A stretch of 63,011 bases of DNA, the filler included, from Saprolegnia diclina VS20 (taxonomy: Eukaryota), in assembly GCF_000281045.1 (NCBI RefSeq). It is 5 parts of 2 records of this genome, joined end to end, with 100 filler letters (N's around TTAATTAATTAA, not from the genome) between each part and the next. Parts side by side here need not be neighbours in the genome. Positions count along the whole stretch, not along the records: positions 1 to 27,748 come from NW_008246106.1; positions 27,849 to 52,131 come from NW_008246106.1; 3 more parts are not named here. One strand, 5' to 3'. The notes under the pieces are model-generated. The model saw only the letters and a program-made list of their open reading frames with translations, had not been told where the DNA came from and made no database searches. Position numbers and translations under genes: made by a program. Below are positions 24,642-35,590 of this stretch, piece by piece; within the stretch, counting starts at the first letter, position 1; each line of letters begins with the position of its first letter.

Positions 24642-27600
24642 ATGCGCGTTCGCCCCGAGGTTCCTGCTGACGATATCTCATGTGCCGTGGGCTAGGACGA
24701 CGAAGCGCTCGTTCAAGCCGCCAACGATGGGTCGCTCGAAGAGCTTCAACGGCTTCTCCGTGACAAGATCGACGTCAACGTTGTCCAAAATGGCGTATGT
24801 GCTTCTGCTCAAAGCCTCTCGAGGCCATCATCGTATCTCGTCTTGTGCACAGAGAACGTCGCTGCATGCGGCTGCCGCCAACGGGCATGTAGAGGTCGTT
24901 CGCGTGCTCTTGGCAGCCGAGGCCGACCCCTTTCGAACCAACGATGTACGACTGCTCGACGGCAGTTGTCGGGGCTGAGCCGAGTGTAGCACCACCAACT
25001 CCCCCGAGACGTTGCTGCCGAGCGCGGTCACTCAGCCGTCGTAACCTGCCTCAACACGGCCATGGAGCAGCTCTCCGGTTTCTTCCAGGCTCTCTATGAT
25101 GTCGACGAAGCGACAATCTTGCGTCTTTTGGAGAACAACGTGCCAGTGAGCGTCCCCTACACGGTAGAATCCTACGTCCATGCACTGTCCATGCCAAATT
25201 CGATACGTAGTCGACATTGGCGTTGAGGCAATCGACGCCCAGCCATTCCGACACGGGTGACGACGACAACGAGACGACAGTACTGCCGATCGACGACCTG
25301 GTCGACTGCGGACGCTGCCTATAGGATGGCATGCTACCGCTCCATCTCGCGAGCATCAGCGGATCGGAGGTAGTGGTTGCTGCACTGCTGGCGCGTCCGC
25401 GCATCGATGTCAACGCCGTTGGTCGAGTACGCTTGTGTGTCATTATTGGTCGTTATCTTTCTCGGTAGCATCCGTGGCGAAGTACAGCGCTGCATTTGGC
25501 CGCAACAAATGATGGCGTCGGCATCGTTGTCACGTTGCTTTTGGCCGCTGGTGCGGCCGTAAATGCTGTCAACTTTGTACAAAAAAGTGTCTACATGACA
25601 ATATTGTGTATATGTATTCCATAACTAGGTGGGCTGTACGCCGCTGCACCATGCGGCATCCACAGGGAATGTCCCCGTCGCGCAAGCGCTTTTGGAGGCG
25701 AAGGCGACCGTCGACGCGCGGGACAAGGTTGGCGCCATTGACGACTCTGTATTGCATCGGATGCGTAGGACCAGAGCACGCCGTTGCATGTCGGCGTGGC
25801 CCATACCAGTATCGTTGCCCTTCTTATCGCGGCCAACGCTGTCGTCCACGCCCTCGACAAGGTCTTATTTTGCGGCTGCACGGACGTTGAATTGATCGTT
25901 TGGCGACAGGGCGAGTGCGCGCCGTTGCACTTGGCGGCGCATCACGGCAATGTCGGGGCGGTGCAGCAGCTTTTGGACGCCAACGCGCAAGTGGACGCCC
26001 GGCATCAGGTAGACCGTTTAGCTTTGTAGAGGATGTTTCGAGTGCAGGTATGAAGCGCGGCTGCACACCGCTGCATTTCGCAGCAAGCGCAGGTCACGCC
26101 CCCGTCGTGTCCTTGCTTCTCTCCAAGAACGCCATAGTGGACGCCGTGGCAAAGGTATATCATCCGTGATCTCGGTCGTTTCTACAATCAGAATAGTCCG
26201 ACTCGACGCCATTGCTCTTGGCTGCGAAACATGGACATGTCCAAGCCACGGCCTTGCTATTAGCCGCCAAAGCTTCGGTCGACGTGTACACGCTAGTGGT
26301 AGCCCGTTCACTTGACGGCGCAGTATTCGGATGATCAACTGCAGGACACATGGACACCGCTTCACCACGCTGCCGCCAATGGCCATGCAGAGGTGGTTCA
26401 ACTGCTTCTACAAGCCAAAGCGGATGTGAAGGCATACGACAAGGTACTTCTACCTTGGGCTCGGCTCGGTGCTCATTCGGAAGCGTAGCAACACTTTACG
26501 CCGTGGCACCTTGCGGTCCTACAAGGTCATGCGAGCGTGGTCACAGTGATGCTAGCTGCAAGCGTTCCCGTGAACCACCGGTGCCAAGATGTACGTCGTC
26601 GTGTCTCGCAATATCATAGGAATCCCGGAGCTTGCTAGTACACGGCCCTCCACCTCGCTGCTCAGCAGGGTCATGCCAGTGTGATCACGGTGCTTTTGGC
26701 GGCCAAAGCGTCTGTCCACGCCCGAGCCACGGCGCCTTCCACGCACCAACACTCCAACTCGCGACCGTTGCACCGCATCACACCGCTGCACGTGGCCGCA
26801 AACAAGGGGCATGGCTTGGCCGTCGCCTTGCTATTGGCGGCCAACGCCCCTGTGAACGACCGGTCGTCGGTACGTCCCACCGGCTCGCCGTCAATTCATC
26901 AACCAAGTAGGACGGCAGCACGCCACTCTTATACGCAGCTGCATACGGCCACGTCGATGTGGTCCAGCTCTTGCTCGATGTACAAGCGGATGTCAACATT
27001 GCGACCGAGGTGCACCGGATCCGTCTCTATCTCGTCTCATAGAGGCTGTGCGCGTAGGATGCAGCCACGCCTCGCTCGGTCGCCAACGACCGCGGACACG
27101 ACGCCGTCGTCAACGCGCTCGACGACGCTTTGAACTGTGGACCAAAAAGTACGTTGACCCTTCTGACTCACCAAGAAATGAACGCGCGCCCAACTAGTTA
27201 GGCTGGACAGGCCTCCACGTGGCCGCTGCGAATGGTCATACCAATGTGGTTCGCATGCTGTTGGGAGCACATTTCTCGGTCAACGCCAGAGGCAAACACG
27301 TACGACTCCTGCTCTTGTATCGGCGCGAAGAGCGAGGGCGACTGGTAGGACGGGGTCACACCACTCTTCCTTGCCGCCGAAGCGGGCTGCGCTGACATTG
27401 TTCAGCTTTTGTTGGACGCGTCGGCAAACCCGACGCTCGCCACCAAGGTGAGTCCTGTGACAGCAGCGACAGATCCACCGAGATGTCTAGAACGGCGACA
27501 CACCGCGATCGGTCGCCAAGGCCAACGGGTACACGGCAGTGGTGGAGGCACTGGACGCCTACGTGAACCCCGCGCCTGTGAACGAGGTCCTTTTGTAATT

Positions 27601-27741
27601 TGATTGCTTGTCATATCCAGTGCGTAGCAGCAGCCGGCCCGAGGTAATCACTGGGTCCGCTGGTTCCTTTTGATCAAAGAGCGATGGCGCACGAGCCGAC
27701 GAAAGAGGACAAATATTGTCTGCGCAGACTCTATTGGCTAA
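24642..27741 (+). CDS. Ankyrin-repeat protein, paralogue 3 (about 18 repeats; no kinase visible)
   Basis: Run of single-repeat phase-0 exons (e.g. GCTPLHHAASTGNVPVAQALLEAKATVDARDK). A plausible last exon 27628-27741 ends in TAA just before a gap. Confidence 0.82.
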
Positions 27742-27792
27742 GAGACGANNNNNNNNNNNNNNNNNNNNNNNNNNNNNNNNNNNNNNNNNNNN

Positions 27793-27804
27793 TTAATTAA
27801 TTAA
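27793..27804. other. Artificial assembly linker TTAATTAATTAA inside an N run (also at 52176-52187, 58971-58982 and 61727-61738)
   Basis: The identical six-frame-stop 12-mer sits in the centre of about 100-nt N gaps four times. Confidence 0.95.
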
Positions 27805-27848
27805 NNNNNNNNNNNNNNNNNNNNNNNNNNNNNNNNNNNNNNNNNNNN

Positions 27849-29281
27849 CTGGCGCGTGCACACGCGATCGTTGCCCATGCTGCCGCCGCCATGCAAGCCG
27901 AGGCGGCGGCAGTTCAAGCTCGCACCACGACAGCGGCTGTGACCTTACTGCTCTCAGCACTCTCGTCCAACCTCCGCGACGAGCTCGACGACAGCATGAC
28001 GCCGTACGAACTCTGGTCCGAGGTTCATGCCAAGGGCCACGTGCTCGTGGACGACTGCCGCTTCTTTGGGCTCCTGGAAAACGTACGTTTGGCCGACGAC
28101 GACGCGCTGCCCGACGGCCTCGCACGCCTGGAGGAGCACATCCAACGCTTCGTCGACGTCATCTTTGTGCCAAGTCATGGCTCTGATGCGCGGCTTCTAG
28201 CGGCTGCCGACCGCCTGAAGATGGCGCTGCTCTGCAACGCGTGCCCACCGGCGATGGTCGACGTCTTTGAAGCCTGGCGCGCCGACGAACCTGCATGGGA
28301 ATATGGGTACATGCGGCGTCGGCTCGTCGAGCACTGGGCGTCGAACCTTCGCCTCCTCACGGAAGTGAATCCGCCTGCGGTGGTCACCGAGGCTCCCAGT
28401 CTACGAGTGGATGATGAGCCACCTGCGGTGGTCGAGACATTGACTGCGGATGACAACTTCAATGCCCAGATGAGAGCGTTGGCCCGCGACCTGGCCATGG
28501 CGTCAAACGAAGCGAGCAGTCCAAGGACCGAGCAAGCCACCGGGCGCGATGCCAGCGAGGAAGCTACGCGTGCGTCACAGTCTCTGCACACCCTCGCCAT
28601 TCACGATGTCGTAGAGTTGGCGACCGATGACGACGTCGACGCGACGCCTGCCACCACAAGCACACAAAAACCTCGGCGGAAAAAGCGCAGCCCCGATGCG
28701 AATGACGAGTCGCAGGACAGCGCGAGGTTCAGATTATGCACGCCAATCAATGGAGGAATGTGTATGTTTCTGTGGTAGCACTTCGCACGGACGCAAGCGG
28801 TCCAAGCCCACCGCTACGCCCAAGACGTTGCAAGGTACGAGCGCGGTGCGTGTTGTCCAATGAATTATATCGATAGGAGCGGTGGCACTGGAACAGCCGC
28901 ATGGGACTGTGGCCAAGCGAGTATCTCCGCGCCAACATCTCGGCTCATTGCGGTACATAACCACGCCATGATCACTGCATTACTTTATGATATGGTAGAG
29001 TGCTGCGTCCGTCGCCCGAGTCGAGTGAGAACACCGCCCCGACAACTGATGCGAGACAGAAGAAGCCGTTTTCAGAGCAAGAGATCGAGTTCTTGCGCGC
29101 AGCGGCTGGGCTGATCAAGGACTCGACAAAAATTTACCACCGGGGCCGCGCGCTCGGCCTCTTTACAACCGATCCCTACACTCGATACAGGTACCATCAC
29201 CTCTCTTGCGGCACGGATGAACCATCATCCTCTCGACTGTAGACCAAGCTTTCCGGCATGAAGAATGCAGTGTCACCGTAA
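27849..29281 (+). CDS. Gag-like/Myb-like fusion family, copy A (5' end in a gap; apparent 1-nt frameshift at about 29162-29166)
   Basis: LLSALSSNLRDELDDSMTPYELWSEVHAKG...LEEHIQRFVDVIF...LKMALLCNACPPAM domain. Later exons read KPFSEQEIEFLRAAAG...IYHRGRALGLF and TKLSGMK. Confidence 0.75.
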
Positions 29282-29743
29282 AGTTGATGGTTTCTAGGCG
29301 GCTTTTGTGTATTCTTTGTGGTGTACGCCGCCACAGAAGTGTCCTCGCGTCGTCCGCGTCTTGAATGGCAGTGCGACGGACGTTGCCATTGACGGCACAA
29401 GTCGCTTCTTCGCAGAGAGACGTGGGCCAGCACGCGATGGCGGCGATGTCGCAGCATCTGCGTGCATCGCAGCGTAGTAAAGCTCGGCAGCAAGATCCTG
29501 CAACGTCACAGCCAACGAATCCAATTGCAAATTGGCTGACATTCGAGCCTGAGGTCGTCCATCTACAGCGTCACGATTCGTTGCCCGACAACATGTGCCG
29601 AGTTGTTGCTTCTGTCGTTGGACTTGACGATGGAAAGGTACTGCTGTATGATGTCCTAACTTATTCTGCAGTTATACTTGTTGATACACCTACACTTGCG
29701 TCCTTCCCTGTGGGAACGCCAGCTCATCACATGTGCGCACACG

Positions 29744-29762
29744 TGTTAGCCTAGTTGTAACA
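29744..29762. promoter_or_regulatory. TGTTA-N9-TAACA palindrome upstream of copy B
   Basis: tgtta gcctagttg taaca; arms and spacing are identical in copies C and D. Confidence 0.6.
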
Positions 29763-30223
29763 CACACATAGCTCGTTTTTAATGCAAATTGCGATATTAT
29801 AATGGATTATCGCGTCGTCACAGTTGTTAGAACTCNNNNNNNNNNNNNNNNNNNNNNNNNNNNNNNNNNNNNNNNNNNNNNNNNNNNNNNNNNNNNNNNN
29901 NNNNNNNNNNNNNNNNNNNNNNNNNNNNNNNNNNNNNNNNNNNNNNNNNNNNNNNNNNNNNNNNNNNNNNNNNNNNNNNNNNNNNNNNNNNNNNNNNNNN
30001 NNNNNNNNNNNNNNNNNNNNNNNNNNNNNNNNNNNNNNNNNNNNNNNNNNNNNNNNNNNNNNNNNNNNNNNNNNNNNNNNNNNNNNNNNNNNNNNNNNNN
30101 NNNNNNNNNNNNNNNNNNNNNNNNNNNNNNNNNNNNNNNNNNNNNNNNNNNNNNNNNNNNNNNNNNNNNNNNNNNNNNNNNNNNNNNNNNNNNNNNNNNN
30201 NNNNNNNNNNNNNNNNNNNNNNN

Positions 30224-31518
30224 ACTGCTCTCAGCACTCTCGTCCAACCTCCGCGACGAGCTCGACGACAGCATGACGCCGTACGAACTCTGGGCCGAGG
30301 TCCATGCCAAGGGCAACGTGCTCGTGGACGACTGCCGCTTCTTTGGGCTCCTGGAGAACGTACGTTTGGTCGACGACGACGCGCTTTCCGACGGCCTCGC
30401 ACGCGTGGAGGAGCACATCCAGCGCTTCGTCGACGTCATCTTTGTGCCGAGTCATGGCTCTGATGTGCGGCTTTTAGCGGCTGCCGACCGCTTGAAGATG
30501 GCACTGCTCTGCAACGCGTGCCCACCGGCGATGGCCGACGTCTTTGAAACCTGGCGTGCCGACGAGCCTGCATGGGACTATGCATACGTGCGGTGTCGGC
30601 TTGTCGAGCACTGGAAGTCGCTGCGTCGCGATCCCGAAGCCGACATCTCGTCTGCGCGGGAAGCTCCACTTGAACCCGTCGTCGATGCTCCAGAGGCGAT
30701 GGCAGCCGATGCGCTGCCCGTGGCCATGACAAGTGTCACGAATGCTTGCCCCGCCGTTGCCCCAGCAGCAGACGAAGCACCCTCTTCAAGCACAGCCATC
30801 GACGCCCTTGTCGACAGCAACGCGGTCGATGCCATGCGTGCGTTCCACCAAATGCGACAACTCGATGCGAGCGTAGACCACTCCGCGGACCATGCAACAA
30901 GCAGCACTGAGAAAGGTCGGCCTGAGAAGCGCTCGACTGACGCCGCCATGACCGACCCGCCAGGGTACGCATCCACTGCACATGTAGAGGTGGTGTTGCA
31001 GTGATGCGTTTGTTCTAGCAGCAACCACCAGCACGAATGCAAGCGGCGCAAGCAGACACTCCCGCAACCACAAGGTGCGGGCGCGTGTCCTTAGCTATCT
31101 ATTATGCGCCTGTAGCGGCGGTGGGTCGACTGCAGCAGGACAGTGTTGCCACACGCGTGTCGCCGCGACAACACCTCGGTGCACTCCGGTACACGTTCCA
31201 GCAGTGCTTGCAGCTGTCTACATGAAGGGTTAGCGCGTTGAAGTCAGCCGCATCGCCATCGCGCCGCAGCAGCACAATCTCGTCGTCCAGCTGTGGCGCA
31301 CCTTTCACGGAAGAAGAAGTCGAGTTCTTACGCGCGGCTCAACGATGCGCAACCGAGTCGGGCGCCACCATCTTTGAGCGTGGCCGTGCGCAGGGTCTCT
31401 TCATCAACCGCTCCGTGAGCTCGATACAGGTATACCATCGCTCTCTCTGTTCTAATAGCATCATCGGCGATAGAGCAAGCTTGGTCGCATGAAGGCTGTC
31501 GACACAAGCAGCATCTAG
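30224..31518 (+). CDS. Gag-like/Myb-like fusion family, copy B (5' end in a gap)
   Basis: Same N-terminal domain. C-terminal exons read APFTEEEVEFLRAAQRCATESGATIFERGRAQGLFINRSVSSIQ|SKLGRMKAVDTSSI*. Confidence 0.78.
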
Positions 31519-31950
31519 TCGGGTCGCGTGATTTGATGGAAGGCAGCAGCGAACACTGGCTTACACCGTAGCTAACTGTCGTCGCACATGCTGCGGTCGC
31601 CGACCACGCTAACATTGAAGTCAGTCTTTGAAATATTCCATTGTTGGTTCTACATACAAGTCTTTCAGCAGTTGGATGCCCCTACTGTGGTTGCATCTGT
31701 AGCAATAGGTTAGGCAAGAGGCGACCTTCACGAGAGGCTCGAGGATCGCTGCGATGCGAAGAGCCGAACCCGGTAGGTGTAGCAAGGGCATGTATATACG
31801 TATTACCCTGGTGCTAGCAAAGCTACGTTTACGGTCATGGCACGTCTCTTGATATGGCCGAGTGCTGGCTTGGGCTGCGTTTCGACTTCATGCTTCTTCT
31901 CCACAGTGTGCGACGGCATCTGCACGCGCAGCGTGCCAGCTCATCACACG

Positions 31951-31969
31951 TGTTAGTCTCGATCTAACA
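31951..31969. promoter_or_regulatory. TGTTA-N9-TAACA palindrome upstream of copy C
   Basis: tgtta gtctcgatc taaca, about 120 bp before the ATG at 32089. Confidence 0.6.
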
Positions 31970-32088
31970 CACGTTTCAACGCATTTTTAATGTAAAATAT
32001 AATTATATTGGACCCTCACGCGGCGTGGCATGTGTTCAAATCTGACGCCAGCAAGGATCTTGTCGACGCACAAATACGAATGCAAGCC

Positions 32089-33602
32089 ATGGTAGCGCCG
32101 TTCCCAGGGCCGGTCCTCGCAGACTGGAGCGACTTCGCTGCGTGGAAGCGCGGCTTCCTCGGCGCCGCAGCCACCCGTGGTCTGCGCGAGCTCTACACCG
32201 CGAATGACCCGGCAGTCCCTGCGATCGACGCGTGCATCTCGCCTGCCCGGGGCGCAGCGCTCCACGCCGCAGCCGAAATCGCTGTGCCGCCCGTGCCACA
32301 TGGCTTGTCGTTGGCCACGTTTGGCGAAGCTGTGCTCGCGCGCGCACATGCGATCGTTGCGCATGTGGCCGACGCCATGCAAGCCGAGGCGACGGCGGTT
32401 CAAGCCCGCAGTATGGCAGCGGCTGTGGCCTTTCTGCTCTCGGCGCTATCGCCACACCTCCGCGACGAGCTCGACGATGGCAAGTCACCGTCGGTGCTCT
32501 GGGCTGAGGTCCATGCCAAGGGCTACGTACTCATGGACGACTGCCGCCTCTTTGGTCACCTTGAAGTTGTGCGTTTGGCCGGCAACGACGCGCTGCCCGA
32601 TGACCTTACGACCCTCGAGGAGCACATCCAACGCTACGTTGACGTCATCTTTGTGCCAAGCCATGGCTCTGATGCGCGGCTTGTGGCGGCCGCGGACCGC
32701 TTGAAGGTGACGCTGCTCTGCAACGCGTGCCCGCCGGCGATGGCCGACGTCTTTGAAACCTGGCGCACCGACGAGCCTGCATGGGACTATACCTACATGC
32801 GGCGTCGGCTTGTCGAGTACTGGGCGTTGCAGCGTCTCGGCCGCCAGAATGCTACACCGCCAAAGGCTGGGATCCGGCATGCTACAGTCGACTCCACGGC
32901 GACAGACGCCACGTTCAGTCCCAGCAGCGCCACCACAGCCATTGTGCGTGACGTTGGCGCGTCGCAAGGTATGCAATATCGCCTCACAATATGAACACGC
33001 CGAGCTCAAACTCGCCACCGACAACACCGTAGGCGTGCCATTATCAACCCGAAGCTCAGAGCGGGGCCGACGTGAGAAGCGCGGTGCGGACGCTTCTTCG
33101 CCTCTCTCGCGTGATAGCCATGGGTACGACCATATGCGACGAATGGTGAAGAAGAATGAGGCTTCTACATCGATAGCAGCTACCTTGATTCGAAGCGGCC
33201 CAAGACCGCTCCTGCGCCAAGAGACGGCCCGAGCACCCGTGCTCGCCGCGCGCCCCCCTTTGCACGCGCATCGCCACGAGAGCACCTCAGTGCGCAGCGG
33301 TATGCGAATCCGCCGTGGGATGACAGTTTACGTGGCATGATAGAGCGGACACGGTCGAGGCAGCATCGCCAACTCGCTCGGAAGCGGGCAAAGCGTTTTC
33401 ACCAGCCGAGCTCGCGTTCCTGCACGCGCATGCGGGCACCGCCACCACGTTCCAGACAATCTACAAGCGTGGCCGTGCACAAAGCCTCTTTCTCGATCGA
33501 TCGTTCACCTCGGTCAAGGTACCTCTCTCTTCTCTCTCCTGTTGGGCGACATATTGCTGGTCCTAGTGCAAGCTGTCCCGCATTCGGCTCAGCATGGTCA
33601 AA
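32089..33602 (+). CDS. Gag-like/Myb-like fusion family, copy C (3' end runs into a gap)
   Basis: MVAPFPGPVLADWSDFAAWKRGFLGAAATRGLRELY... at the start. C-terminal GKAFSPAELAFLHAHAGTATTFQTIYKRGRAQSLFLDRSFTSVK|CKLSRIR. Confidence 0.8.
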
Positions 33603-33877
33603 NNNNNNNNNNNNNNNNNNNNNNNNNNNNNNNNNNNNNNNNNNNNNNNNNNNNNNNNNNNNNNNNNNNNNNNNNNNNNNNNNNNNNNNNNNNNNNNNNN
33701 NNNNNNNNNNNNNNNNNNNNNNNNNNNNNNNNNNNNNNNNNNNNNNNNNNNNCACTCGTGGGCCCATGGCAAAGCCGGCAGCGCCCCATGATATGGTGGC
33801 TACCGCGGGGCAATTCAAAGGTGGAGTGACGGGGTCTTCTCGAGCATCGAGCGCTCCGTGTGCCAGCGCATCACACT

Positions 33878-33896
33878 TGTTAGCCGCTTTGTAACA
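33878..33896. promoter_or_regulatory. TGTTA-N9-TAACA palindrome upstream of copy D
   Basis: tgtta gccgctttg taaca, about 120 bp before the ATG at 34015. Confidence 0.6.
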
Positions 33897-34014
33897 TACG
33901 TTACGACGTTTTTCAATGTATAACGCTATTAGATAGTGATATAATTGGTCATAACATGTGTTAGAACTCTGACGCCAGCAACGATCTGATACCTTCAAGC
34001 TGCGAAAAACAGCA

Positions 34015-35590
34015 ATGTCGGAGCATCACACAGGCCCGGTCCTCGCCGACTGGAGCGACGTGGCTGCATGGAAGCGCGGCTTCCTCGACGCCGCAGCGAC
34101 CCGCGGTCTGCACAAGTACTACACTGTCCACGACTACGAGGACCCAGTGACCATCTCGCATGCCCGACGCGTTGAGATCCACGCCGCCGCCGAGAACACG
34201 GTGCCGCCCGTGCCGCCCACTTTGCCGTCCGCCGCGTTTCGTGACGCTGTGCTGGCACGCGCCCACGCGGTCGTTGCGCATGTGGCCGACGCCACGCGCG
34301 CCGAGGCTGCTAAACTCCAAGCGCGCACCACGGCGGCAGCTGTGGCATTTCTACTCGCGGCGCTGTCGCCCCACCTCCGCGACGAGCTCGACAGCAGCCT
34401 CGCGCCGTACGCACTTTGGGCTGACGTCCATGCCAAGGGCTACGTGCTCATGGACAACTGCCGCTTCTTTGGGCTCCTGGAGAACGTACGTTTGGCCGAC
34501 GACGACGAGCTGCCTCATGGCCTTGCACACGTCGAGCAGCACATCCAGCGCTTCGTTGACGTTATCTTTGTGCCAAGCCATGGCTCTGACGCGCGACTTC
34601 TAGCGGCCGCCGATCGTTTGAAGATGGCACTGCTCTGCAATGCGTGCCCACCAGAAATGACCGACGTCTTCGAAACATGGCGCGCCGACGAGCCGGTGTG
34701 GGACTATGCGTCGATGCGGCGTCGACTCGTCGAGCACTGGACGTCGCCGCGTCTCGGTAGCCGCGCGGAGGCTACATCACCAGCGACAGTAGCCCATGCG
34801 ATGGCAACAGACGCAGCGTCCCGTCCGCTCAGTGCATTTGCCATCCTCGTGCGTGCTGTTGGCGACAGCCAGGATCTCATGGGCGATCCACCGGGTATGG
34901 ACTTTCGTTTCTCTCTGCATGAACGCATGTTGACATGACGATGTAGACGTGGCACGCCCAGCCACAAGCACCAAACAAAGCCGGCGAGCAAAGCGTGCGA
35001 TGGATGCCACGTCGCACGGAGAGTGTGCGAGCGAGGGGTACGGACCATGAACGTCGAGGCGTGGAGTCTGAGGTGTGTTGTGTAGCAGCCACCGTCAGCA
35101 CAAACGACCCAAGACGACACCCAAAGACGATGCGAGCGCCCGTAGCCGACGCGCTTCACCCTTGGCACGCGGACGACAGCAAGAGAAGACGCCGACGCGC
35201 ATGTCGCCACGAGAACACGTTGGCGCCCTGCGGTACGCGACCCGCCGCGCGATTGCGTATCTTACGTGGCGATAGGACGTTGACCAAGCCGGCCAAAGCG
35301 TCGCGTTCGCTCGTCATCAACACTGGCAACCGCTACTCGAAGGAAGAGGTCGCGTTCTTGCGCGCTCATTCGGGAACGAGTGACACGTATAAATCTATCT
35401 ACAACCGTGGGCGCGCCCAGGGCCTCTTCAAGAGTCGACCGCTCCGCTTGATCAAGGTATGTCTCTCTCTGGGCTACTCGCACCAGTCGCATATGATGTA
35501 CGCTGTCGATGCTAGTGCAAGCTGTCGCGCCTCAAGGCCGCTGCGTCCGCCATCGCGTCAACGTCCGACGACGAGGTTTCTGCTGTGTGA
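34015..35590 (+). CDS. Gag-like/Myb-like fusion family, copy D (complete)
   Basis: MSEHHTGPVLADWSDVAAWKRGFLDAAATRGLHKYY... at the start. C-terminal GNRYSKEEVAFLRAHSGTSDTYKSIYNRGRAQGLFKSRPLRLIK|CKLSRLKAAASAIASTSDDEVSAV*. Confidence 0.82.

Noticed and set aside
27793..27804. Perfect palindrome TTAATTAATTAA recurring four times
   Set aside because: It always sits in the centre of N runs, so it is an assembly linker rather than biology.
27849..35590. Interpretation of the four Gag-like copies as active Copia elements
   Set aside because: No pol domains, LTRs or zinc knuckle are visible. Conserved spliceosomal introns and a shared C-terminal domain argue for host genes.
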